A DNA stretch of 64,000 nucleotides, from assembly GCA_013239625.1 (NCBI GenBank), contig MU054323.1, positions 18,494,819 through 18,558,818 on the forward strand. Direction: 5' to 3'. A program made the position numbers and the translations under genes. Shown here piece after piece: positions 1 to 14,228 of this stretch (its first letter is position 1; each line of letters opens with the position of its first letter). This DNA comes from Lama guanicoe. Its lineage: Eukaryota. The notes under the pieces are model-generated. The model was not told the origin of the DNA. It ran no database searches and saw nothing but the letters and a program-made list of their open reading frames with translations.

Positions 1-714
1 AAGCCCTATAAAGAGGTACGAATGCAGCATAGTGGGAGCAGAAAGTGGAAAACGTGATGTGCTTTATGCGGCAGAGAGCGCGGCTGTTGCCTTTGGTTTA
101 CAACAGGTTCCATTAAAAATCAGCTTCCCACATCACGTCAAGAAATTGCATTCTGGTTGAAACATTACATATCTTTTACCCAGAGCTGAACTTAAGTCAA
201 CAGGTACATAATGAGTATCGACCACGTGCAAGAGACTGTGAAAGACTGTCTCTTGAGGCGAAAAGGAAAGAGAACTAACATGTATTTCTTGTATTTCATG
301 AGACCGTGTGCCAGGAGCTTTATATATAACTCATTTAATCCTTTCAAGAACCTTGTGAGGTCATATAATTACTCCAGTTTAGAGATAAGTAAAACGAGGT
401 CCAAAGAGGTTACGAAACTGACTGATGCTCCTTTTTCTCCCCACTGTATCCCTGCAGCCCAGCAGTCTGCCCAGCATGTACTAAAATGCTCAATCAACAT
501 AGGCAGAAAGAAAGAATACAGGTTACATGGTTCATAAGAGGCAGAACCAAGTGTCAATCTTGTCTTGACTCAAGCACATGATACTAAGTTGGAATTAAAA
601 AAAAAGAACTAGAGATAGCTTACATACTTATATGTGGTTAATAAGTAATTGCGCTTTATCTACGATAGATGGCCATCCTACTCTTCATCCAAGTAGAATA
701 GTTAACATTTCCTG

Positions 715-938
715 AGAACACTGGCCAGATACTGTTCTAAGCACTTTACTGGCATTATCTTATTTATGCCTCATTCTTAGCATAAATACCTGTGGGGTAG
801 GTACTATTGTTTTCCTCATTTTATAGATGGAGACACTAAGGCACAATGAGATTCAGTCACTTGCCCCAAGTCGCTCAGCTGTAAAGACATTAAACCCAAG
901 GAAACTAACTCAAGTGTCCATAACTCACTCTTAACCAC
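715..938 (-). mobile_element. MIR SINE
   Basis: ccagatactgttctaagcacttt...gtaggtactattgttttcctcattttatagatggagacactaaggcaca...cacttgccccaagtc...ctcttaaccac. Confidence 0.85.
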
Positions 939-1989
939 CCTGAGTCTGAGCCCACTACTCCATGGGGCCAACTTACAATGATCTCCCTAGGATAAGGGCA
1001 AAGTCTGCCTTCCTGCCTTGGTCCAGCACCTTCTCCCGGGGCCACATAGCATGATCAGGGCACCCCCTTGTGAATCTAGGAAATCATTCAAGGCTAAATA
1101 GTGTGAGTCACATCATCAGAGAGTCAGAGCAAAATGGATACAAAAAAAGCCCATGGATCTCATTCAATGCAAAGAGCACATTTATTCTGGGTCTAGAAAT
1201 GTCCAGTGGCAAGAAGCCATCATTTGTCTCTGATAACAGTGGATATAGCAGGGAAAAGAGGTAAAACGAGGGGCTTAGTAAGCTGAAGATTTCCCAACAG
1301 CAGAGACCATCTCTGTAGGGTGTTAACAGTGAATTCAAGAGACCCTTGTCCACTGATGGAGCTGAAGAGTTAAGATATTCTCTAAGCACACTGGGCATGA
1401 AGTGCTTGCTGGCAGTTCAGATAATGAACTGATGGTTATGACCAGCCATCCAGTCATTTTATATGTACCGTTTACTTCAAGTGTCAAATTACAAATTGAT
1501 TCCGTGGTGTATAAGAGGGCTTAGTGCTCTGATTTGGAAAATCTGTTGGACAAATGTGGGCCTTATGGGAACATTTCACTTCCTTCAATACTTGAGAATT
1601 GTCCTAGGCATTAGTAGAATCCCTAAAGGAATCCTAGTTTTTTTTTTTTAAAGAAATAACTTTTAAAAAGAAAAAAAATTTAGAACAATATTCAGTACCT
1701 GGCAGTTTGACAGAAAGGGATGTACGCATCAAGATGGTCCCAGATGCAATCAAGACCTCATTGTAACATGGTCTCACATCTAAGGTGCCTCACTGCCTGT
1801 AGATTGGGGGCAGCGTGATGCTTCTCGACTCCATGGTGTCATCTGCAGTCACTGGGAATCATGGAAGTCGACCAAATGCCCGATGTGCTAAGTGGCCATA
1901 GGTAACAGATCGGGAGGAACGCCCCTGCCCACCTGGACTGTGAGAAGTGACCCCGCCAAGATTCCAACACATGCTCTGTCAGAGAACTT

Positions 1990-2166
1990 ATCACACTCAA
2001 TTGTAACTGAGTGTCTAATTGTCTATCTCTTCTGCTAGACGACTAACTCCAGGAGGGCAAATCCTGTCCACTTTTGGTATTTACTTTATTTCATTTCCAT
2101 TATTACTGCATCCCTACCATCTAGTACAATGCCTTGTAGGCACTCAGCACGTAGTGAATGAATGAA
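1990..2166 (+). mobile_element. L2 LINE 3' end
   Basis: tgtctatctcttctgctagac...ctccaggagggca...tctagtacaatgccttgtaggcactcag...gtgaatgaatgaa. Confidence 0.72.
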
Positions 2167-2934
2167 GAAAATTACTTCTGTGAGTCACATTAAATATTGT
2201 CACTAAATGAACAGTTTTAGAAGGCATGCTGGAAACAGTGTTCCAGAAGAGCATTCTTCACCATGTTCTCTGGTGGTCTTTATAAATGTACTAACATTCA
2301 GACAAAAATTAAGACTGGAAAATGAAGGCTGGTAATGAAGGACTGAGGTGAAAGATGGGGGAGTTAGCAGGAAAAAGAGTAACAGGAAGTATCTGAGAAG
2401 GTATGAACTAGAAGTTACACCCCTTGACCAATGTCTCCTCATTTCCTCCACTCCTCAGCCTTTGGTAAAAACCGCTCTAATTTAGTTTCCCTTAGTTCGT
2501 CTTCTCTGGATTCTACTTTCATATATAAAGCGCAACCACACAGCATTTGCTTTTTTCTGTCAGACTTATTTCATATAAGGGCCCTGTTAAACAGGCAAAT
2601 ACACATACATATTTAGGGCAGTTTATAGTAAGCACTCAATAAATGTTAGCTTTCCATTTTATTATTGTCACAGTCACCAGGGCTTCTTAAAATAGTTCTG
2701 GCACGTAGTAGTCACAAAGTAAATGTTTATGTGGTGCATGTTAGATGAGTTCCAGTTTTGCCCGTGTGTGATCTGGGGGGAAGTTACTTCATCAGAAAAA
2801 TAAGAATATAAACCCAACAATAATGGAAATGGCCTCGCCAGGCTGTTCATGAAGATCAAACTGAGTAATACATGTCAGGATGGCTTTATAAATTAGAAAG
2901 TGTGGAATAAATGTTAATTGTCATGTTTATTCCC

Positions 2935-3075
2935 TAATTTCACCCTCACAGATACACTGTTCTACAGATGTGATTATCTTCATTTCATAGATGAGGCACC
3001 AGGCTTAAAGAGGATTATGTAACTTGCTCAAGGTCATTCCAATGGCATGTGGGAATTCTCAGACCAAAAACTTAG
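2935..3075 (-). mobile_element. MIR SINE core
   Basis: attatcttcatttcatagatgagg...aggcttaaagagg...taacttgctcaaggtca. Confidence 0.7.
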
Positions 3076-5335
3076 GTCTTTTTTTTGTTGTTGTTCCTCC
3101 AATTCCAGTCTCCTTTCCACCATTCACAGCTGCTCCATACAGAACTATGATCTCTCCAGAACATTATTTCTGTGTATTGCTATGCTTGTTTTATTTTGTT
3201 TTGATAAACGGCATTTGATAATGTTGATGAAAATGCAGTTTACAGGTTAGGGATATTCCGTCATTGCCAGGGAATTAAAAAGAAAAAAAGTGTGTGGCGG
3301 CAATCCAATGACAGTCATTAACAAGTTTAATCCATCAAAAGTCCTCTTAAAAGGACTTTATCTGTCAGTTTTAGGTTACATACGTTAAAATTAAACATCT
3401 TTAAAAAGTCCACCGGAAATTAAATTTTGGCATCTGATTTTCAAGGGTTTGAAGATACTCAAAAAAGAGAGATGCATTACTGTGGTTCTAGGTGATTTCC
3501 CAGGGATTTTTCAGAAAGCCAAACTGATAGAATTGTAAGCCCCTCTGGTGAGCCCAGCCCCCTGCCAGTGTACTGGTCCCTGAAGACAAGCTTTCCCATG
3601 GGGAAAGCTCACACCAGCTCTTGTTTGGTCTAGCAGATGGTACCATATAGGATCAACAGCCCCAGCTCTCTCACCTGTGCTGGCCTGAGGTGCCCCTTCT
3701 GGCCTCCATGCTCCTCCTCCTTGTCTCTGCCTCCATTTATTTCCTGGACATAACCAAATGTTGAGTCTATAGTTCCGAATCTCCTTCTGTCTGTGTCTCC
3801 CAGCCAACCTGGAGTTTCCTGACACTGACAGGCTTACCTTCTCTGACACTACACTCTAACTGCTCTAACATCCAACTCTGACCTTGGCTTTGCCCTCTGC
3901 ATGGTACCCACGTGGCCCCTCTTCCCCGACTGACTTAACCTCCAAATTATGGCTTTTTGACATAGCAGTCCAGCCCCATTTCTGCCCTTGCTGTTCTGAT
4001 AAGTGCTGGTAAATTGCTTCTTCTAATGCAAACAATTTACCAAACTGCACAGTAGGTCTTTTCCTTACCCTGTTGAAAACTGCCCACTCACTCTCAAGTA
4101 AGACACATGGACATGTGTTATCAGTCCGTGCCTCTCCGCCATAATTGTTCACCATCTCATCTAGATGCATCTAGACTGTCAATGACATCTAAACATGCAG
4201 GTCCCAAATGGAATTGAATACTCAAGCTGTGATCTACCCAATGCAAAGTGCAGGGAGACGATGACATCTAAAGACTTAGTTACACTGCTTCTGCTAAGAT
4301 GCAGTCTAGGGTTACACCAGCTTTGTTCACAGATACATTACACCACTGACTCACACGGAGCTTGGAGGCAACAAAAACTTCCGTATCTTGTTCACGGGAA
4401 CTGGAGCCAAGCCAGGTCTCCCACTTCCTTATTATGCACTTAATGCTTTTTCAAAACCAAAATTCAGATCTGTTTTCTTCTATCATCTATTTAATATTAA
4501 TCAGATACTACTTGATTTTTAATATACTAGTCATACAAATATAACCTAATTCATATTACCATTCTGACATTGAATTTTATTGGGAAGAAATGGGATTTGC
4601 TATTTCTAGAATAATCCTCTTCCTTTCTTGTTAAAATTGAGGATGTTTTCTATTATTACTGTTCTTACCATCCTCACACTGCCATCCTCTAAGACGGGTT
4701 GCTGAGACTGTGTCTGCAACCTCCACGACGCTCAGGGACAGAGCAACTGCATGACAACCATCAGCCGAGGACATAAAGCATGACGTTGGGAGCAGAAGCA
4801 TCAGCACTTCATCTCTTAATTATTAATGTGTGTGAGCTTCAACGTCTCCACTTTAAGGAAAACCAGGTTGTTTTAGCAATGCTGATTTTAGTTTTGTCTG
4901 GTTTTTCAGCCATCCGTTGTCTTGGGACGTTGCACCTACGCCGGTCAAAGCTCAGCTGGTGTGATGCTTACTGGGACATGGGTTAGCCAGCCCCACGGCC
5001 CTGTCCTTCTGTCTGTGGCTTGTCAGCCATTTCAATACGTGTTTCAACACCAACACCATGGAATATGCCAGAAACAAAATTCTGGCAAGTCCATTTGGAT
5101 TCTCTTTAGTGCTTTTATAAATGTCTTTCCAGTTAAATTGTTGAGCCATTGGATGGAGCCAATCTGGGGAATCAGCTGTGGGTTAAGCCTGGCAGCATGT
5201 TTTGTGAGCTGAACACCATGAGAAGGAATTTTACTTTACTGCTGCGATACCAAAGAAAGGAGACAAAACACAGGTTAGAAACACTGAAGAAAGCAATCAA
5301 CATTTACCCTTTAGTTCGTATCTTTGTGACAGAAC

Positions 5336-5520
5336 TTTTTTTTATTGAAGTATAGTTGATTTACAATGTTGTGTTAGTTTCATAGTGATGCAGTTATACA
5401 TGTACATATTTCTTTTCATATTCTTTTTCATGATTGATTATTATAAGCTGTTGAATATAGTTCCTTGCGCTATACGGTAGGACCTTATTGTTTATCTACT
5501 TTATATGTAGTAGTTAGTAT
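5336..5520 (-). mobile_element. L1 3'UTR end fragment
   Basis: Poly-T followed by attgaagtatagttgatttacaatgttgtgttagtttc...gaatatagttccttgcgctatac; the same motif recurs in other copies in the window. Confidence 0.85.
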
Positions 5521-7064
5521 CTTTGTGCTATATTCTGAAGGATAAAGATCTATGAAATAAAGACCACAAAGAGGTAAAGAGGTTGAGATAACCATTCAAC
5601 ATATGTGATGCTGATAGTCTTAGAGAACAGTCATGGAGAGAGATGGCATTCCAATAGCTGCACATTTATAAATTCTGGATGTAAATTCTGGGCAACAGAT
5701 TCAAGAGAAATGTAATACATATTAAAATTAAGAAAAGGGATTTCTTCTCTCTGTGCTTGGCCCTGAGTCACTGCAAGGGCAGGCAGGGGTGATACGCTTT
5801 TCAGAGTTTCTTCTGGACCACAGCATAGGCTGGTGAGTTCCTGGGGCTCAGACATTTTTTCACAAGTTAAACAGAGGACAGGACACCAGATCCCTAGGAA
5901 ATCAATTTGCATTTCCCACCTTCCCTCCAGCACAGCCCCCCACCAACTTCTTCTATCAAAACTGCTCTGGAATGTCTCTTTTCTCTTTTCCCCTTCATTT
6001 CACCTCAAACTCTGTGTGTAGGCTTCACTGGCCTCCTGTTGTTTTTGAAGTGACTTTGCTTTTTCCTGTGTAATTAACAGCCTAAGCTGTTCCTAAGTTT
6101 AACACAGTCTCCTGGTGACAATTCTACTTCTTAGATGTTCTTATTAGTCTGACTTAAGCTTCTTGCTAAAAGATGTGTTTATCCCTAATAATGAATTACA
6201 AAGTGTGTTAAATTTACGAAGTACACTAAACCTATAAATAGATTACAATGGAAGCAAAGAAAGCCTCTATTATATTCTTGGTTCAGTGTCTCAAGAAATG
6301 AATCCCAACTTTAGTGTCTTAGAATTGACAAAGCACCATCACCCTGTATTTTTAAAAATTATGATAACTTTATTATGAACAGAATTATTAAGACCATATT
6401 ACTATTATCATCTCCACTTAAGAAACAATGAAACTGAGAGAGTAGTTAAGATACTTGGGAGGTTGAGGAATTTTAACCAGAAGCTCACAATTCTAAATTC
6501 AGTGTATCATATGTAGCTTTTGTATTTAGTACACTGTTAATCATCTGAAAACACCCCTGAGATTTCCACAGCTGTAAGGACCGCTGACACATCATCTTCT
6601 GATTTGGGAGAACTAAGACCCCCAGTCCTGCCCCTGCTCCTTTGAGATTTAGAAAGCTGTGTTTTAAGGAGGGTAATAACCAGGAAGGATCTCTTTTTAA
6701 CACCTGTGCCCGAAGTTCAGGGATTTCTAAGTGTGACGCTCGTGGCCCGAGCCCCACTTCTGGAATGATCCCAGTTTACTTCATTTCTGGTTTGTCACCC
6801 AAGCACTTGGATTTCAAGCATAGACTTGCATTTTCCTTCTGGTCTAGGGATCAGCTTTTGATAAAGCAGAAGAGAATTTCTCAAGCTAAACTTCTGCATT
6901 GCTGTCTTTCATATTACCATCCCAGCTTCAGAAATCGGGAGGGAACTGGGGAGGAGAAACAAGAGGAAAAGGGACCAAGGCTCAGGACAGTCCTGTCCAC
7001 TATCAGGGACCTGACTGGGGAAGTCGTGTATAGTTTTCAATGACTCTGAACACAGGGTAGGGGT

Positions 7065-7235
7065 CTGGCAAAAGTTGACTTCAATTTTATCAAGCCTCAG
7101 TTTCCCAACTCCTAGAAGCAAAATGAAAATAATGTCTTTTACCTCTTAGGATTTTTTGTGAGAACTGAATGAGATCATGAAAGGAAAGCACAATCCATAG
7201 AACATGCACATAGTAAATGCTCAATAAATCCTAGC
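7065..7235 (+). mobile_element. MIR SINE
   Basis: agcctcagtttccc...aaaatgaaaataat...acctcttaggattttttgtgagaactgaatgagatcat...catagtaaatgctcaataaat. Confidence 0.78.
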
Positions 7236-10200
7236 TCTTTCTATTAGTATGAGGTTTTATTTGATTCTAGAGATAGAACAAATGGAGACAAATATATTTC
7301 AAGAGGGAACATGAAAGAACGAAAGGTTAAACTCTATTTCTTTCGGATGGGGTGTGTAAAATTGCCTCCACGCAGAGTTGACCCTGTTCTGTGGAAACGC
7401 TGTCTCTGGCAGGCATACTCTGAGCATGTGACATCCCTGGTTCCTCTGTTGCCATAGCAGCAGCCCTGCAGCCAGACAACACAGTTTTACAACAGAACGA
7501 GGTCCAGAGTCGGTCTCCCAGGCAGGCACTGAGAACCGAAAGCAGGGCTATATTCGTAGAATAAAACCGAGATGCAACGTCCTACCCATTTCTTAATTCA
7601 TAAGTATTGTTTATTCTCTTAAGAGCAAATTCAATGCTTTTCCAAGGGACGGGTGGCTGCAAAAGTCGAGTAATTTAAAAAGAAGAAAATTACGATAAGC
7701 CCCTCTTAATGCAGGAAGGATTAGAAAGCTTGCTACCAGCAACCAAAAATATTTACAATAATCATATTCAGTCCAGACTTTCATCTCTGAATCTAAACAG
7801 AAAACTTTAATCCTACAAACTGTAAGCCGATGCCATGGCTATATATGGTCACAGAACTCCTAAGGGGAAGAAAAAAGGAACAGAAGAAGGAAAAAACTCA
7901 GATGCCGTGTCTTTTATAATTTGTGTATATGTTCTACCACCAGGATCTGTTGACCTTGGCAAAATTTACAAGCAAGACTCATTAATCAGGTTTACTCAAG
8001 TACATGTAACACTTTCCATTTTAAGAAGCCACAAACTCCCCTCCCTTTGGGAAATCTCAGTGTTTATCATGCTGTGTTTTCTTCGCAGATAAAATTGCTA
8101 GGACAAACATCAAAGACAGCTGGATTCCATACTCTGTGGGTTTAACCGTCCCAGAGAGGGCAAGAGAAATTAATTTTTATTGTGGTCGACTTTTAAGAGT
8201 ACTCTCTCATTTCTTTATTTTTTTTTCCTTTCCTTCTTTTTCTCTATGTCTTTTGGCCTTTAAGTTAGAAAGAATACTTCTTTGAAGTGTTCAAATATTC
8301 TTGGAAACGGCCACGTTTTTCCTGCATTCTTTCTGGGGGGAAGACACTTCCAGAAAGAGTCTGGGTCGGAGGGACTCTTGCTGAAGATACTTCCTCCCTT
8401 GCAATTAAGAAGCCATTGTTCAGAGGCTATTTTGTTGTTTTGATCATTTCCCTGGCGTAACAATGGAAAGTCATTATCTCTAGCTTTGATCTCAACATAG
8501 GAAGGGACTGCAAATTGCCTCACCTACTAGTGAATGGAAGGGAAATCCCAGGAGGTTTATGAGGAGCGGGGTCCAGGGAATACGTAGCTGAAGGGATGCT
8601 AAAGAGAAAAAGGAATTCTTAAAAAATACCAACATCAGCCTTATGGTTTCCACTGGAACGTATACAACCAATGTGGGGAAAAAAACACTTAAACTTTGCC
8701 ATCAACCTGAAACTGAAGAAGGAATACTAGAAATGCCAAAATGTTTATTACCATCATCGACATTATTATTACTGTTTTTGTTCTGAAGCATGTCTCTTTA
8801 AAAAGCTTGTAATTATTAGATCCTGCGCTGTTACAATATTAAGAGTGAGTTTTAAAAAGGGTGAATGCCAACTGCAAAATTAAAGTTCTGTCAGCACATG
8901 TGACTGTACTTTTACTAATACACAAAGCTGCCTTGAACAATTTATCCTCTCTTTCTACCCATCGGTCCTCTTGTTGTTGGGTCAAACACCACAAAAGCAG
9001 CGACTCTTCAAAAATAGATAATCAGTTGTGATTAAATCTCCCATGCTCAAAACTGACAGCCTATAATGTCAGTTTGAATAATATCCTAAATAACCAATAA
9101 TAAAGTTATAGTCACTCTCCTTCCTTCCCACTCAAATGACTCGAAGACTGATTTACAGTTTGAGGAGAAAACCGACATCTCTCGGGCATCTATTTTAAGC
9201 TAGTCACTTTGCAAGTTGTTTTACACTCACTGCGCTACTTAGCTTGCCCAACCACTCACTGGCATAGGCATTCACATGTCTAAATTTCAGACGAGGAGAG
9301 GAGCGCTCAGAGAACTTGAGTCACAACCCAAGTTGCACGGTAAGATCTGGAGCCCAGCATTCATATTTCTCCTGTCTACAAAACAAACAAATCAGTAGGC
9401 AAATAAAACAAGGTAAGGATCAATGGAAAGCGGCATAGGGTATTGGATTTCAGTGTATGTACCCCCCTCATCCTTTGCTATCTGTGCTCTACATCTTCTA
9501 ACAGTGCCCCATACAGCAGTAGGTTCAGGTGTTCTTCGTGTATCTTCAAATGAGTATGCATGAGATGAACAGGAAGGCAGCTTGACAGAATAACTGAAGT
9601 CATGTCACCTTCCCAAGAAATCTCAGAGAGAGGTATTGGTCTATTTACAAAGACACTCCTTGCCTGACCCAGCGTGAAACACAGGGCGCAATGAAGTAAA
9701 AATCTGGACTTCTCTACCCTCGGGGCACCTGCATGTTCACAAAAGATTCAAAACAAACATCCAGAAATAATGTTAAGTTACAGAAAGAGCTCTTTTAAAT
9801 GCCGCAAATCATACAGAGAATGAGGAAAGGGATGCCACCTGGGGCTTAGGTGAATAGGAAAACTGTAAAGAATGAAATGAAAGAATGAATAGAATTTAGA
9901 TACAGAGAAGGTTTAAGGCTATTCTGCAGTGTGGGGGGGGGGAATAATTTAGAATACAGAGTATAAATTCTGCACAAAGGAGACCAGAACACAGCCAGGG
10001 AGATTATTTTGGCTATGAATAGGCTTGTAGAAGGCTTGTAGAGGGGCGAATGGGCACAGAAACCATTTAGAAAGTTATGACCCAAGTCCAGCCTTGCTGG
10101 TGATAAGGTGTAACAATGTGGTACCAAAGATCAAGGACAGTCATCTTCCCAGCCTGGCTCACACACGGGATCCTCGTAGATGCCCACTACTTCACGCTGT

Positions 10201-11919
10201 GATAATAAAGCAGTCCCAACTGCTTTGTGAATGACCAAAGAGGACAAATGTTTAAAGAGATACTTTATTTTGAGGGGTTGAGGCACTGAAAATATAGACT
10301 AGCCATCTAAAAAAGAACCGTCATCATCCTTTAAAAAGGAACCCCTTGCATCTTCATCTTTCTTATTTACCAGATCCAGCTTCCTCAGTACAAGGGAGAA
10401 AGGTAATTCCAGAGCAATAAATCTTCCATGGAAAGCACTCTACCTCTGGCTGTTTGATAATGAATTTAATCATTCGGGAGAACAGCCCTGTCATTACGGA
10501 TTAATCACCAAACGCTCTGTTTTGGTAAGTTAATTGATGTTATGTTTGCAGCTGATGGTGGTCACAAGACTCACTTGATATTTTAAACAAATTCAGAGGT
10601 CGAAGGAATGCTCAATCAATTAATTAACAGCTACAAAACACAGCAAACAAACAAACAGAAAAGAAAGACTAAGGGAGTTATGGAACAGCAGATACTCAGA
10701 TATCAGTACTTAGGGACTTGATGAACTAAAGACAGAACTGACTCAAAATATTGGTAATATTTCTCTTCCTGTTGGTCTGTTTGGTTTCTTTTTCAACTCA
10801 ACTAGGGAAGTTTAGGAGTCTAGAGTGGGGGGATTTTCCTAATGAACAAACTTCCAATATACCCATTTTGCAAAGTGCAGCTTATTTTTAAAAGAGATAT
10901 TTTAATTGGAGCGCTTTAGAAGAAGTTTTATACGTTCTGTTTTCAACATGGTATCAGATACTGCAACATCCTCGTTAAACTTCTGTGTATAACACGTGAC
11001 TCCAGGATCATTACCATAAACAGAATTACACAAAATTAGTTAAGAGTTCTGTAGCCAATTATTCTCTTAAAAGGTATTCGAGATTTTAGATAAGGTGAGA
11101 TCAGTCCCTCAGGAAACGGAAGCAACTGAAAGATTCAGCAAGTCTATAGAACTGGACGTTTACATTTGTAGGTTGACTCATTCAGGAAGATATTTAGAAC
11201 TCTGAATAAAGAGGCAGACTTTCCAACTGAAAAGTTTCCCCAGAGTACATTTTTTTCCAACATCAGTATCATGCTATTTTTAAGTTTCATTAATTGGTAC
11301 ACAATTTTGTGATTTAACTGTTAACTGAGCCTTCTAGTCTTTTTTGGCAACCTCAAACGTGTGACAATGCAAAATGTAAGCACCCTAATGATTTCTTAGG
11401 TGAAAGAACCTAAGCCAATCTGCTTCTCAGTATTTTGGTAAATATACATGGTCACCTGGGATGAGAGGTAGACAGTAGCTACAGTTTCTTCTCCTACAAT
11501 TTCACTATCAAGTGGTCTTTTCCATGAATGCAAATCTAGACTAAACTCTGCTCAAACTCCCACATTTATTTATAAACAAGCACAAGAACAGGCATTGTAA
11601 ACCCTGTTGGCACTCTGACATGTGCCTTACAAGAAACGTACGTGCTAAGGCAGGTGAAACCACCCAACAACAGGACCAGGCAGCTGCAGTCAAGTTGGGC
11701 AGAAAAGCCCCTCTGTGAAGTGGTTACCATCAGACCAATGATGCTCTGGCCCTGAGTAACAACTCCTTCAAGGGTGTTGGGCAGCTGGGTTAGCAGGTTC
11801 TACACATCCTTAATGCAGGTGCCGTGGGGTCCATAAAATCTCCCTAGGCAACCAAAGTCTGAATACTTCTTGTCTCCAAAATGGAAAATTCTCTCTCACA
11901 TCTCAGAGTTACCCAACTC

Positions 11920-12498
11920 TGTAGTACGGCATGACCGGCAGAATTCTAAGATGACCCCCAGTGACCTATGACCATGTATAATCACCTTCTCTTGAGCATT
12001 AGAAGTACATGTAACTTGCTTCTAACCAACAGAATATGGCAAAGGTGATGAGAGATCACTCCCAAGATTAGATTCTATGACATGGCAAAAGTGAAGAGAG
12101 CGTGCAAGTATATTAAAGTCCCTAGTCACTTGACTTTGAGTTCATCAAAAGAGAGTTTTTCCTGGGTGGGCCTCATCTAATTAGGTCAGCCTTTTAGAAA
12201 AGAGTCCAGGCCTTCACTGAAAGAGATTCTCCTGCTGGCCTTAAATAAGCAAGCCTACAAGTGCAAGGAAATGAGTTCTGTCAAAAACCACGTGACCTTT
12301 GACAAGGAACCCAAGCATCAGATAAGACCCCCATCTTGACCAACACCTTGACTGCAGGTTTGTGAGACCCAGAGCAGAAGGCCCAGTTAAACTCTGCACG
12401 AGCCTCTAGCCCATGGAAACTGTGAAGTTTTAAATGCATATGGCTTTCAGCCCCTCTGTTTCCAGTAATTCGTCATTCAGTAACAGAAAACTAATACA
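11920..12498 (+). mobile_element. MaLR solo LTR (MLT1E/F-like)
   Basis: Starts ggcagaattctaagatgacccc, has internal acttgcttctaaccaacagaatatggcaaaggtgatg, and ends cagtaacagaaaactaataca, a typical MLT1 terminus. Confidence 0.85.
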
Positions 12499-13019
12499 AC
12501 TAATACATATGGATCATGATAAAGACCTCTGAAGTGCTTCAAGCACCATTTCTGCAACGGGTGCTTCACACAGTAAGAGTCCTGGAACACAGTGCAAAAT
12601 GAATCAACCCACACATGCACCGCATTGTTTATCCTTAGGTATATTTGAATAAATTTCCATTTAGGCAACGAAATACTCTGCTCCACATTTTGGGTCTTTG
12701 GGTTACAGACACTGCATTACGGAGGAAGAGCTAGAGGTGTCCACAGATATGTTTAGTCCTCTCCCTGTGACTCTGAACAGTCCTCCTTCTACTGCTCTGT
12801 CTCTGTTATAGAAAACAAAGTACAGCCCCAGAAAGTTTCAGCCACTTTCTCAAGGCTGAAGACTAAGACTGAAGCCTCAAGTGTTGACAGTCTCACTGCC
12901 AAGTGAAACATTTCTTACCCCACCCAGCTGTAAGCCTTCCCACTGCCTTATAATCCCCACCCTCCACTCACCTGCAATTCACAAGGTTAGAGAACATTAC
13001 CTGTTACCCCTTGGCATCA

Positions 13020-13600
13020 CTTATTCATTCATCAAACATTCATTAACCACTTCCTCTGTGCCAGGCATTGTTTGAGGAGCTGGTGATAAAAGCGTGAACA
13101 GAACAGATAGAAGTCCCTGTCTTCCTAGGGCTTAAATTCCAGTGAAAGGGAAATAGAAAGTAAACCAAATAATCAAAATCCATAAGAGAGAATATTTGAT
13201 GTGCATAAGCACAAAGGGGAAAAGTAGTGCAGAGAAAGACAAGGGAGGTGGAACTTTCTCTATAGAGTCTTAGGGAAGACCTCTTGGAGAACGTGACATT
13301 TGAGTAATGGCCTCAAGGAGAGAAGAATGCAAGCCAAGAGGATATTTAGAAGAAAAACGCTCCAGGTGGGAGGAAGAAGACTTGCCAACGCTGAGTCTGA
13401 GCAGAGACCTTGAAGTGGAAGACCTGGAAAGACTGAAGGAGGCCTGGGGGGCTGAGGGCAGGTAAGTGATGGAGAGAATGGGTCTGAGATGCAATAGGAG
13501 ATTAGGTTTGGGGGAGCTTTTCCTCCCCATGAGGTAGGAAGCCAGGAGGAGGTCTGGAGCAGAGGAGTGTCAGGGAGACTCCTTTCTTGGGACTTTACGT
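13020..13600 (-). mobile_element. L2 LINE 3' end
   Basis: ttattcattcatcaaacattcatt...ctctgtgccaggcattgtt...gtgaacagaacaga...gtccctg...agggaagacctc...gtgacatttgag. Confidence 0.82.
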
Positions 13601-13789
13601 TCGAACCAAGTCCAAGTGTTTGTATATCTACAAGTGGCTCCTCCCCGTCCTGCGGAAGGAGCAGAGTCTCATTTGCGGAGGAAAAAAATGAATCAAATTT
13701 GTGCAGAAAAGCTGAAGTCAAAGGGTAGGAAAGAACTCAGCCTGGTGTCCTATTCATCTCCTGTTAAACTCTCCTGCTGGCCCCACCCA

Positions 13790-14100
13790 TGGGCTGCCCT
13801 CTTTAAAATAGCCTCTCACTTCATTGAGGTGAGCTCAAATATCGCCTCCTGGGAGAAGCCTTCCCTGAGGCTCCCTTGCTCTCTCCCCTTATCCTGCCTT
13901 GTCGTCAGAGCATCTATCACCACTTTCCGTTACATCATGCATTTCTATGTTTAGCTGGTTCCTTTCAGAACAAACGCTCCATGCAGGCAGGTGCTCTGCC
14001 CATCTTTTTTACTGCTCTCCCTCCACGTCTTTCTAGAATGGCATCTGCTTCATAAAAGATGCCTTTTTACACTTTTTTGAGTGAGTCAATGAATAAATGC
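13790..14100 (+). mobile_element. L2 LINE 3' end
   Basis: ctcaaatatcgcctcctgggagaagccttccctga...ctccatgcaggcagg...ttgagtgagtcaatgaataaatg. Confidence 0.7.
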
Positions 14101-14138
14101 AAAAGCTATCAACTCCTCATTGTTATTTACTCCCCTGT

Positions 14139-14228
14139 CAGTGGTTCCTCTAATCAGAGCAGGGGCGGGGGAGGATTATTAAAACACAGATGGCTGGACC
14201 CTCTCTCCAGAATTTCTGATTCAGGTTT
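14139..14228. mobile_element. MER5-family fragment
   Basis: cagtggttc...ttattaaaacacagatggctggaccc...ccagaatttctgattcag. Confidence 0.6.

Noticed and set aside
4160..4175. Perfect 16-bp palindrome TCTAGATGCATCTAGA
   Set aside because: One or two such palindromes are expected by chance in 64 kb, and the context looks like decayed L2.
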